Shown piece by piece: positions 1 to 11,535 of a DNA stretch of 64,000 bases. The notes under the pieces are model-generated. The model did no database searches. It was not told the origin of the DNA and saw only the letters and a program-made list of their open reading frames with translations. Origin of the DNA: Sminthopsis crassicaudata (taxonomy: Eukaryota). How positions within the stretch are numbered: the first letter of the stretch is position 1; the number at the start of each line of letters is the position of its first letter. The position numbers and the translations under genes were made by a program. The DNA lies in the NCBI RefSeq assembly GCF_048593235.1, contig NC_133618.1, positions 243,003,882 through 243,067,881 on the forward strand, read 5' to 3'.

Positions 1-3000
1 ATAGTAGAAGCAGGAAAACACAAAAGTTCATTTCTGAAAGAAGAAGCCAGCTAATCTGGTTGGAGCAGAAGCTTTATGGAAAAGAATAGGGTGGGGAGCA
101 GGGGGGCAGATTGTAGAGAATTTCATGCTAAGGAATTTGGATTTTGTTCTATAGGCAACAGGGACACAGTGAAGGCATTTGAGCCCGAGAGTAGCGGAAT
201 GAAAAGTATATTCCAGGAAGCTCAATATATTATAGCATAGGATTGTAGATCTTAAAAGGACCTTGGAGATCTTCCTATCCAAGCCTCTTATTTTACAGGT
301 GAGGGAATAGAGATTCAGAACTAAGTACAAATGTCACAAGCTGGATTGGAACCCAAGTTTTGTGACCTCAGAGCTGGTACTAGTGTACTTCCTTGGCTGT
401 GTAAGATAGCTAAGAGAAGAAAGGTGGAGATAAAATTCCTTCCTTTCTGTTAATAATAGATTAATTGAAAGATTGTGCTTTTTTCCAGGCAGTTTGTTGG
501 GAGTATATGTTGTATTGAAATAAGATGAATGAATACATTTTAAAAATAAACGAAAGGTTGTCACTAATGGGAGAGACTTTGCAAGGGAAGAATAGATAGG
601 ACTTCATGAAACTTTAGTGTTTTAAGTCTTGATGCCCAGGAGAAAAATGTCTTGATGAGTTAACACAGATAATTTAGGAATAGGACCTGTGAAGCCACCC
701 AGAAACTTGAAGAACTTGCTGAAGATTCCAGGTTAGGTGAGGGACAGAGCTGGGTCCAGAACTCAAGTTTCTTGTATCAAAGGCCAGGCTGTTTCCACCA
801 CACATATCCCACCACGTCATTTTCACCTGAGCTAAGTCGTTTGAGTAGGACCAGCTTCCTAAGTGTTTTTTTTTTCACTTAAGTTCTTTGCTTTGCTGTA
901 TCCATGAGAAAACTGGAGCAAGACCTTAGTACCTGACCTTTCATAGTATGTGAAAGAGAAGTTGTGAACCTTGTACAAGTTTCTCTTAAGGGCTTTGTGC
1001 TGTAGCATGTTCAGCATCACTCATCCCTTAGCCTTTCCCAGTTGCTTCTATTTTTATATATGGAAAATTCCTGTTTCCAACATATAGGGAATGTCCCAAC
1101 ATTTGAGAGTGGTTTCAGATTTCCAAGGTCTGAATCTAGATGCCAGTCTCTCTAGGGCTTTACTTCTCATTACAGAAAGCCAATCCCTACCATCCCATTC
1201 CTTTGTGCTTCTAAATTTGAAAACACTGATGGGGGTCAACAAGATTCACCTACAGCTCCCTACCCAGCCATTCAAAAAGCATTTACTGTCCTGATAAAGT
1301 ATCAGTGAGTGAGGGGAGGATGGTTTAGGGCCCTGTTCATGAGCTCCAGACACTCTGATGTGACTTATCTTGTTAAGACACTTGTGGGGACTGAATATTT
1401 CCTGTTGGAAACCTCAGGGTGTGTTACTATCAGACTAGCAACCAACCAAGAAGGCAGGGAGAAATTATTTGCTCTTAGGACTTTAATAGCTTTTTAGAAT
1501 CCCCCTGAGACAAAAGCAAGATTTCTGTACTTTTGGGTTTTAGTGAATGCCAGGCAAGAGTATTCAACAGATCATTCAGGTCAACTGAAAAAAATAAAAT
1601 CAAAACTTTCCAGCTGCTTTTGAGTCAGGGGAACTTGGATAGGAGGGTTAACACCTGTCTTCAATTTTCAAAAAAACTTCAGTAATTAGGCTTTTTAGTT
1701 AAGTCTTTTTAGACAAGAAAAAATATATTTTGTTTGACTTTACTCTCAACCAAGTGACATCACCAAGCATCAAGAATTTAGTTTAATTGATCTGTGGTCT
1801 GTTCATAGTCACTCAGTCTCTGGGCCACTGGGTACGTCATACAAAAAGAACAATGCATAGATTTCAGATAGATATCCATGAAGACAGGTTGACCAATTAA
1901 ACCAATGAGTGTTTATTAAATATCCACAAAGTGTAAGGCTATAAAGGATGCAAAGACAAAAACAAAATAGTCAACTCTCAAGGTGCTTCCATTCCATGAG
2001 ATCTCTCATTGCCATATCCAGTCCTAAAGATAGGCTAGGCCAATCAATCAATGAACCAGTCATCCAACCACCCAGCATAGTTTATTTAGAGAATGCCTTC
2101 AAACCTATGATGGCTCATGGCCTATTGTGTGATGGAGATTGCTGGTGCTCTTCGAAGGTCACACAGGTGAAGTGTACCTTAAAGTGGCAAGTCCCAAACA
2201 AGTTATTAGTCTTTTGATAATATTTTTAAGAACCTACTAAGTATCAGAGATTGTGCTAAATACTGGATATACAAATATAAAAGAAGACAGTCCTTGTCTT
2301 AAAGAAAGTTATATTCTAATGGGGAAGACAACAGGTACAAAAAAGGGGATAGGGAGGAAGACATCCTGTGCTGGGACATGATGGAAAAGTAGAAAGGAAT
2401 ATAACCATAGGAAGCAAATCAATGGGTGGCCTAGGAACCTTCCTTAAATGGAGACTTAGGGAGAAACTCTAAACTCTACTCTTCAATCAGTAGAGCAAAG
2501 GATTCTAATGAAGTCTGAGTAGCAGAGCTGATTTGTTCTTGCAGGATGATGAGGTTCCTAAATGTGCTAAAATATCTATAAAGGGACTCATCAGCAGTTT
2601 GATCAGCAGGATGATCAACTTTTCTACTCTAGCAACTGAGGAAGGCTTTCTACTAAGGAATGGTGGGCTCACTCTTTGTACTGATATAGGATGAACCCAC
2701 TGATGGAATCATGGACCCTTGGAATATTGAAGTGAGGAGCATCTTTTATGGGATCAGTCCTAGGCTTGGAGTTATGATGAATACAAAGGACTAAAAGATT
2801 CCATCTCTGCCTCCTTGGAGATCATATTGAGGAGTAAAAAAAGTCCAACAACAAAGCAACAATACAGGAAAACAATGAGGCAGCAGATGATGCTGGTGAC
2901 AAATTGAATGGTAGAAACTACAGCCTTGCAGGATTTCAGAGACAGAAGGACTGTCTGATAGTCAACATACTTGACTAGTGAAGATCTCTCATGAAGAGAA

Positions 3001-3830
3001 ACCCATTCCATCATTCCATTTTTTCATAGTTCTGCTAGTGAGAAGGTTTTTTAGATTCCCCCTTAAATAATATGTAGAATTGGAGTTCAGAGAAGGGATT
3101 GAGCCACACATGATTTGAAATGCTTCAGGGAAGGCTTCATCGATGGGTTGGGATTCTAACAGCTTTGAAGAACAGATAGAGTTCAATTTCGAGAAAAGAG
3201 AGGCTAGGTGGTCATATAGGGTCATGAAGAGTCAGACATGACAGACATGATTGAAAAACAATAACAATTCTAACTTACAAGAATAAGCACAACTAAAGAC
3301 CTGGGAATAAAAGAGGGAAAAAGAAGATGAAGGATGAATGGAAGGGTAGAAGAGGAGTGAAAAAGGCAAAAATTATGATGATCAGGATGCCTGACCCTAA
3401 CTCAACTTCTAATTCTCTGGGATAGAATGCTCATTTTGGACAATAAGCCTTTTTCTATTAGTAGCAGGTAGAGTGGGCAGAACTAGGAGGAAGAAAACTG
3501 GGAAGGCAGATGTAGCCTTGGCAAACATTCTCACCCTACAGGAAATGATTGGGTCAAGAGAAAATCAGCATTGGAAATGGGCAACCTGAGACTGGGATAA
3601 GGATGTAAAGAGGGGAGGGAGGTGAAACCCAGTCCCAGTAAGTTAGATCCTTGAACATAGGAACCTGAGAGAAAAATTCCAAAATTAGCAACTCTGTCAC
3701 CAGCTAGTCAATAGTCAATTTAGTCAATTTTTTTGCCTTAAAAACAGGGATATTTGTTTTTTTACCTCTCATCCAGCGGAGGGATCTAGTGCTAGATGGG
3801 TGGGAAAGAGCTGAGAACCAAAGCAGCTTT

Positions 3831-3989
3831 CTTTTTCTTCTTCTTTTTTTTTTTCCTGAGACAATTGGGGTTAAGTGACTTGCCCAGGGTCACATAACTA
3901 GGAAGTGTTAGGTGTCTGAGGTCAGATTTGAACTCAGGTCCTCCTGACTTTAGGGTGGTGCTCTATCCACTGCACTACCTAGCTGCCCC
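3831..3989 (-). mobile_element. WSINE1-type SINE
   Basis: T-tail, caattggggttaagtgacttgcccagggtcac, B-box gatttgaactc, end ctagctgccc; flanking AGAACCAAAG at 3814-3823 and 3990-3999. Confidence 0.92.
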
Positions 3990-4069
3990 AGAACCAAAGA
4001 TTCTTGATGAATTTTCTGTTCCTGCCTCCAGATGTCTTTTTCATGGATTTTCATGTGTCTTTTTCTCAG

Positions 4070-4153
4070 CTTTCTCTAATTTGGAAAATTACCTATTGGA
4101 ATGGATTAGAATGAGAGAGAAGAAAATATTGAGGAATATCCTCAATGAAACAG
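4070..4153 (+). other. candidate 84-nt symmetric (phase 1-1) exon
   Basis: Acceptor gtgtctttttctcag, donor CAG|GTAAGC, open frame FSNLENYLLEWIRMREKKILRNILNET; the peptide is not recognised. Confidence 0.25.
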
Positions 4154-6269
4154 GTAAGCACAGGTTCAAAGGATCTGAGTTTAGATGATAACTTGGAGGT
4201 CTTTTAGTCTATACAAATGAAGATATCAAGAGCCAGAGAAGCAAAGTGATTTGTTCAGGATCATGAAGCCAGCCAGTGGCAGAACTCAGACCTCAAATTC
4301 TATGCTCTTTCTACCTAACTGCTTCCCCTCTGTGTTATTTACTTTCAGGGGGACAATGAAGTAGAAGATAAGAGGTATCCAATTTTTTTAAATCTTTTTC
4401 TCTTCACATTAAAATTTTTTAAAAGAGTGTGCTAATTGTCCCTTTTTCCAATCTCTTCCCTGGCTCCCCCACCCCCAACTCTGGGGCCCTTTCTCTCTTT
4501 ATTTCATGGCCCAATTGAATCCTGCTGAGGCAGGAGTTTCTTTGTTTCTCAAATAAATAAATAAGTAAAAAGCCCTAATCCCAGATTCAGAAGCATCCTG
4601 AAAAGGATTGGAACAACAGTCAACTGATGGTGGAGAATGGCCTTCATGCATCAGCCCCCAACTGGCCCCTGGGTACCCCGTGCCCCACCAGATAGTTCCT
4701 CGGGAGCCTCCTGCTCTTACTGATAGACTGCTGTGCTGCTATCTACTCCCCCTTGACCTTAAAATGGCTGTGGCATCTGCCTGGTAACCATGGAGCCAGT
4801 GGAAAAACTCTGGAGGCAGAAAAGAAAAATAAAAACAAATCTCTATCCCCCCCACCCTAATTCCCAACATCCACCCTCCCCCATTGAACAATTGAAATTG
4901 GTTCATTCTGTGACCTGAATCATAAACAACTAAAAATAGGCACTGCCATCCACAGAGTGGCTTTCCAGGCCTGATAGATGACATTTTTAGAATGATTATT
5001 TTAATGCTTGTTATTAAAAGCAGAGGCACATTGCATTCCTTGAGGTGGCCAAAGCCTCCTTTCTTTCTCCCTGGCCTCCCCAGCAGGTTTAATGGGGCAA
5101 AGCCTAGGCCCTGAAGTATAACAGAAAGGCCCTGGGACAAAATAATTTCTCCTGTCACCTGGGATTCTTGGTACCTGAATGCTGATCAGAGGGACTTACC
5201 AGCCCCTTCCCAGGCTGGGTTAACAGGAAATATTTGCATGTCTCATCCATGCCTGAGTGGATGCCCAGTAACGCCTGGGCTGATTTAAAGCCTTCTGTAG
5301 TGATTACAATAAAAATAAGAGGTCCCTGGGGATTCTGCTGGGATCCCCTAGGGGTTCTTTTTTATACTACTTGCTCATTAGGCATAATTATGTTAGCTAA
5401 TAAAATCCTGGATCTCTCTATGTAAATCTCAGTTTGAATTGACACAAGGGAAGGAATTGGGACTCCTGAGTTCTACTTCTACCATGACACATCAAAGGAC
5501 TTGTCCCTCTTCATTCTTTCCCTGGCCAGGATAAGAAACCCTGAGGCCTCTGATTATAAGAAGCTATTATCATGCAGTCAGATATTTTCCATGACGCTAC
5601 TGTAAGCTGAAGTTTGGAAACAAAGTAAGTTGAAGGATCCCCTCATTGTTTGAACAGGGAGGCTTCCAGGCAGGGGTTGGGGCATTCTCAAAGCAGTTCA
5701 TATAGCCAATTGCTGGCTCCATGGAGATGGTACCCAATTATCATTTCTCTTCAGACCCTTAGGGAAACTGAAGTCTTGGTTTTTGCTAAGGTTTGTGAGG
5801 AGCAGATATAAGGTATGAGATCTAGTTACCAAAAGCTTTTGGCTACTTACAGCTTTCATTACCAGACCTCTCCATGTAGTATTTCTGAACAAGGATAATT
5901 CATGTTTATAGAAACCAAAGGTCTTTTCTTTCTAAAGTGCTTACTGAATCATCAAATGGTAAATAAATCATGTTCTGTATAGTTTTAAATTGTAGGATTT
6001 TTTTGTATTTTAATTTTTGGGGAATCTTCAGGAATCTTTATTTTCTGGGAACACATTTTAATAAACACATTAAGAAAATGAAACAAATCCAAAAAAAACC
6101 AGCCACCACAATGATGACTGGAGTTGGTATCATATGAGAGAATCCATTGGAAGGACTTTAAGCAAATAATTTGCCCCACTGAAAATAATTTTCCACATCT
6201 ATAAAGTGAAGAGTGTTGGATTGGATGGCCTCTGAGGTGTTTTTTGGAGTTTCATCCATAATCCCATGA

Positions 6270-6630
6270 CCTGAGATCCCATGACCTAGAGCTGTTTATC
6301 CTGATGAGAAGAGCAAGGAGGACATGATTGCCATATTTAAATATCTTAAAGGCTACTGCAAAGAGGAGATTGTCTTTTTTGCTTGGTCTGAAAGGGCAGG
6401 AGTAGGAAAAGTGAATGGAAGATTTGCATTTGGGAGAGGGCAAAGCTTCCTATCAGCTACATTTGACCAGGAAGGAAATGAATGCTCAGGAGAGAAAGTG
6501 AGTCACCCATCAAATGGCCAAGGGTAGATAACACTTGTCAGGAATATAGCAAGAGATGCCTGCTTCAGATCAGATCAAGAATCAGATCGGAGAAGCTTTG
6601 AAGTCTTTCTTAGCTCCGAGAGTCTGTGAT
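6270..6630 (+). mobile_element. CR1/L3 LINE 3' end
   Basis: gacatgattgccatatttaaatatcttaaaggctactg...gagtctgtgatt resembles the CR1 3' consensus. Confidence 0.8.
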
Positions 6631-7054
6631 TTGGTGGCCTATGCATGATGTTCAAGTGACTAAAATAAAATAAATTTCTCCTTGTGCCAGTTTCACATTT
6701 TGATGTTCTGCACATTGTATGCTACCCAACAAAAAACTAGATTTCACTCCTCATAATTTCTGCAAAGATATATGTTCACATGTTCAGTCAGCTATTCAAT
6801 AGGCATTTATTAAATGTGCCATTTAAGATTTGACCTGATAGAAATCCCCTTTCCAGTAAAATTTTAAAGAGCATATTGTGTCACAGAGCTCCACCTGTGT
6901 TTAATTCATGAGTACCCCTTAATTAGCCATATCTGGGAATAGCACTTGACTATATTAACTTTTATTTATTATCCAAAGAAGCTTTTCTGCCGTAGAACAT
7001 AAGCTCTAGTAGTCCCTACAGGCACCATGACCAACCATATTTGTTGTGAATAAA

Positions 7055-7445
7055 NNNNNNNNNNNNNNNNNNNNNNNNNNNNNNNNNNNNNNNNNNNNNN
7101 NNNNNNNNNNNNNNNNNNNNNNNNNNNNNNNNNNNNNNNNNNNNNNNNNNNNNNNNNNNNNNNNNNNNNNNNNNNNNNNNNNNNNNNNNNNNNNNNNNNN
7201 NNNNNNNNNNNNNNNNNNNNNNNNNNNNNNNNNNNNNNNNNNNNNNNNNNNNNNNNNNNNNNNNNNNNNNNNNNNNNNNNNNNNNNNNNNNNNNNNNNNN
7301 NNNNNNNNNNNNNNNNNNNNNNNNNNNNNNNNNNNNNNNNNNNNNNNNNNNNNNNNNNNNNNNNNNNNNNNNNNNNNNNNNNNNNNNNNNNNNNNNNNNN
7401 NNNNNNNNNNNNNNNNNNNNNNNNNNNNNNNNNNNNNNNNNNNNN
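7055..7445. other. assembly gap (391 N)
   Basis: Run of N; ORF 7046..7480 is an artefact of it. Confidence 0.99.
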
Positions 7446-7865
7446 AACCTGAAAAATTTTTTTTATTAATATTTTACTAATATTTTCTTCTTATGTGACT
7501 TAGTTCAGTTGTCTTGATTTCTACTGAGGACCCACCTCCCATTAGACAGAAAAATATTCTCTGCTTTGGTCCTAACCATAGTTCCTGCAAACCTCACACT
7601 CCAGTCTTGACACCCTCTCTTCTTATTCATCCATCAAGACATTCTCCTGGCTCTGAGGCAGCTGTTTTGCCTCCTTTGGGAATGTGATTTCTGGTTCTAT
7701 TTATTTAAGCGTGACTTAGGAGTATGTAAGCAGCCACCAGCTGCTTCTCCCCAATTTGGATAGTATGATCTTGTCTGAAAAAAGTGTGAGTAGGGAATAG
7801 GAAAAATCAGCTTCCCTCAAGTTAAGTCATCTCCAAGTGACTTAACTGTTAAATCCATGAACCTG

Positions 7866-7905
7866 AAAATTAAACCCACTTCCACAAAATTAAACCCACT
7901 TCCAC
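7866..7905. repeat. perfect 20-bp tandem duplication (AAAATTAAACCCACTTCCAC x2)
   Basis: Direct reading. Confidence 0.95.
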
Positions 7906-8854
7906 TTTAAGTGAAATGTTTAGGTTTTTCAGCATCTAGTAAGCATTATAAATATCCTTGGTATAAATAATAATACAAAGATTAAAAATGACACTTCTTA
8001 CCCTCAAGGATCTTACGTTCTACTTTTCATAAAATACTTGCCTTTGTCCCCCACCCCTATTTGAAATGTCTTTTCTACTTGCCAAAAACTGGACTGTTTC
8101 ACCCAATAAATTGAGCAGGCATCTTTATATTTGTGTTTCATGCTCTGTGGAACAAGAATACTTATATGTTGAAGAAATAAATGCATTTTATTTTCTAGTC
8201 CTCTGAAAACTATTGTCTGGGATCTACAGTTATATTCGATCTTTCTCACCCCACTGTGAATTTTCTGTTTTTCCCTTTATGATTTTCCCCCAACTCCACT
8301 GACTTTCCCAGTCTATACTGTCTTACTCCCCCAAAATCAAAAGAATTTTGGGTTCAAGTCAGTACTAGTCATCCAAGTGAGGCAAGATGTTAAATAAATG
8401 TTAAGTAAGGGTTAGAAGGGCATTTAGTAATCATCTTATTGTGCAAATGGGGAAAATGAAGCCCAATGTCACATCAATAGGTAGAGACATAGAACTTGCA
8501 CAGAAAAGAAATTTTATATACTATTTTAGCTTTGTGATGACAGATATCATGTTATATTCATCTTTGTAGCATTTCTCCCTTTGCATCGAGTACAGTCACT
8601 TGTGCATAGTGGGTGATCAATGAGTGTTCATTGAAGGGATAAATGAAGGAAGTAATGACAAAGGCAGGAAATCTTGGCGATGAATCTGGATATCCAGATG
8701 GATCTAAAAGATTTGTTTGGAAGCTTTCATGTAGACATGATCCCGCCTTTCATTCAATGGGTATTTACTAAATACCTGTCATATGCCAGGTATTCTGCTG
8801 AAATGGGCCACAAAAAAGGTCTTCTAAGTTTGTTTTTTTCTACTTCCCAACAGA

Positions 8855-9323
8855 ATTTCTCTATAGAAACTTGGGAAGACTTACATGAACTGATGCAAAG
8901 TTAAATGAGCAAAACAAGAAGAACATAGTACACAGTGACAGCAATATTATAACCATGAGCAGATTTGAAAGACTTAGTTACTAATCAATATGATGATACA
9001 AGTTAATTCCAAAGAATCCATAATGAAAAATGCTTTTACCTCCAGAGAAAGAACTGATGAATTCTGAGTGTAGATTGAAGCAAAGCATACTTTTTTTACT
9101 TTGTTTTCTTGCTTTTTTTTTTTTTTTTTTTTGGTAACATGGCTAATATGGAAATATGTTTTGCATGACTTCTCATGAATAATTGATATCATATTATATT
9201 ATATTGCTTCCCTTGTCATATGGGTAGGGGAAGGGCTGGAGAGAAGGAAAGAATTTTGAACTAAAAATATTTTTTAAAAATAATCATAAAAATAAATAAA
9301 AATTAAAACTAAAAAAAAAAAAA
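8855..9323 (+). mobile_element. older L1 3' end
   Basis: gaaacttgggaagacttacatgaactgatgcaaag and agagaaagaactgatgaattctgag resemble the L1 at 28440-28600; A-rich tail at about 9290-9323. Confidence 0.85.
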
Positions 9324-10019
9324 GATTTCCATGTAGGTCTTTGGGCTTTCTTATTGATTTGACTGTTTGGTCATCAATTCCTGGACAAGAATCATACCTT
9401 TTAGTCATATCTTTGCCATAAATGTGTGCTCAGAGAAGCTTTCAATTTAACATCCCAGCACTAGTGTACATTCCTCTAGCTTTGTCCTTTTTTTGCTGAA
9501 GCCCTAAGGAGAGAGAGGAATAGGTATTAGGGCTCTATTGCCTTCAGTTCTTGAACCACTGACCTGCTTTCTGCATCTGTCTATCCTAATGACACAAACC
9601 TCCAACACCTAGATGGCTAGCCAGACCCTGTTGGGTAAATACAACATTCCTTTAGTAGGAAGATACTTGGGAGTCACATAACTATAGAATGTTAGAATTG
9701 ACTGAGCCCTTCTGGATCATCTTGTTCATCACTGTTTTACAGGGGATGACACTGAAACTAAATACTTAGCAGGTATTAAATAAATAGCAGGACTCTTTGG
9801 GATTTGACTCTAAACTTAGAATTTTTTTCAAGTACACTAAATGTCCCCTTTTGGTGCCACTTGTCCTGGCCAGTAAAATGAGGTCCTCCAAAGTTCCTTC
9901 TAGCTCTGACATTTTGTGATTCTAATTCAAGCTTCAATAAAAATTTTAGAAATAGAGTAGAGAAAAGAAGATAGAAGGGGATAAGAGGAACTATGGGGAG
10001 GGATGAACTGTGTAAAGAG

Positions 10020-10300
10020 TTCTTGACTGGGAACCAGGAAACCTGAATTCTAACTCTGATGTAGTCATTGACTCACTGCATGACCTTGAACATGCCCCTT
10101 CTCTCTGGGTCTCAGTTTCCTTGTCTGTAAAATGATACTCATTAGCTGTGTGATCCTGCTAAGTCACTTTACTCTATGTTTCCTCATCTGTCCCCTGGAG
10201 AAGGAAATGGCAAACCACTCTACTATCTCCACTAAGAAAATCCCCAATGGGATCATGAAGAGTCGGACACACTAAATACCTCAACTAACAACAACAAAAG
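10020..10300 (+). mobile_element. MIR core followed by a MAR1 SINE 3' part
   Basis: ctggagaaggaaatggcaaaccactc...gaagagtcggacac...acaacaacaa (MAR1 tail). Confidence 0.85.
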
Positions 10301-10959
10301 TGGAGAGTTTGGATTACATTTATGTTTCCTTCTAAGCCCACAGCTATGACTGATCTAAGAAGAACAGATGACTTGAAGGTCTGTTCTAGTTCTAAATCTA
10401 TTATCCTATAATCCTTTAAGATTTCCAAAGTGTTTTTACATTTGATCATTTGAGCAGTCTGTGACTTAGGTACTATAGGTTATAGTCTATTTCACAGATA
10501 AAAGTAATCATCCATAAAATAATAACATAAAAAGTAGTGATCATTATGTGATTTTTAGGGTGTTATTCGATCACAAAATAATGAGTCTAGTGTTTCTTTT
10601 TTTGCAGACAATTTGAGTTAGATATTTTTTGAAAATCAAAGTTTTAATTAGTTTCATAGATTCATGGATTGTGATCTTCAAAGGGCTTTTAAGGTCATCT
10701 AGTCTAGCCCCCTCCTTTTCTCCTTTTATATCTGAGGAAACTAAGGCAGAAAGGCTTAATAACTTTAGGTACCAGAGACAGGATTTGAAACCATGTCTTC
10801 AAAACTCCAAATCCAGTATTCTACTTGATACACCATGCTGTGTGCTTCTATTAAGATATGCAAATTATGAATCTGTTTATCAGCAGCCCAGCAAAATTGA
10901 GGGAGCTCAGCCAGAGAGAGAGAACATGAGCAAATCACCTCATGTGAATGTGAAGAATT

Positions 10960-11110
10960 ATTATTTTTTCCTCCTTGAGGCAATTGGGGTTAAGTGACTT
11001 GCCCAAGTTCACACAGCCAGGAAGTGTTAAGTGTCTGAGAACAGATTTGAACTCAAGTCCTCCTGACTTCAGGGCTGATGCTCTATCTACTGAACTACCT
11101 AGCTGCTCCA
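10960..11110 (-). mobile_element. WSINE1-type SINE with 13-bp TSD
   Basis: Same consensus; exact TSD AATGTGAAGAATT at 10947-10959 and 11111-11123. Confidence 0.94.
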
Positions 11111-11239
11111 AATGTGAAGAATTCAAAGAAACATAGGGAGAAATGTATAAAAAAAATGAAAGGAGTAATAAACAAAGTCAGTCAGTCATAGGTTAAACAT
11201 CAAGTGCTTACTATATGACTCTGATGATTTATACAATGA

Positions 11240-11535
11240 CCACAAATATATAAAGAAAAAAGTATTGAAAGACTTCAGAATTCTGATCACAACAATCACC
11301 AATCATAACTTCAGAAGCACCATGGCAAGCACAGCTCCCTCTCTTTTGTAGGAAGGCATGGAATGAGGCATAAATTATCAAATATGGCCAGTGTGCTGGT
11401 CTGTTTTGTTTTAACTCTACTTTTTTTTTTTTTAAACAAGAGAAGGCCTTTACAAGAGGGGGAAAGATATCATTAGAAAGTGATGGCAAAGTTAAAAAAG
11501 CATCCATCAAACATGTATCTTAAAAAAACAAATAA
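11240..11535 (+). mobile_element. old L1 3' UTR fragment
   Basis: gaaagacttcagaattctgatc...gtgtgctggtctgttttg, T-tract, then A-rich end. Confidence 0.55.

Noticed and set aside
2340-2990. Repeat-like segment possibly from an LTR or DNA element
   Set aside because: I could not identify termini, a TSD or a family from the sequence alone.
3928-3990. tRNA-like A/B boxes in many SINE heads
   Set aside because: These are tRNA-derived SINE promoters followed by CORE and tail sequence, not cloverleaf tRNA genes.
4592-4700. Open frame IQKHPEKDWNNSQLMVENGLHASAPNWPLGTPCPTR
   Set aside because: The upstream AG is preceded by A-rich sequence rather than a pyrimidine tract; there is no donor and no recognised homology.
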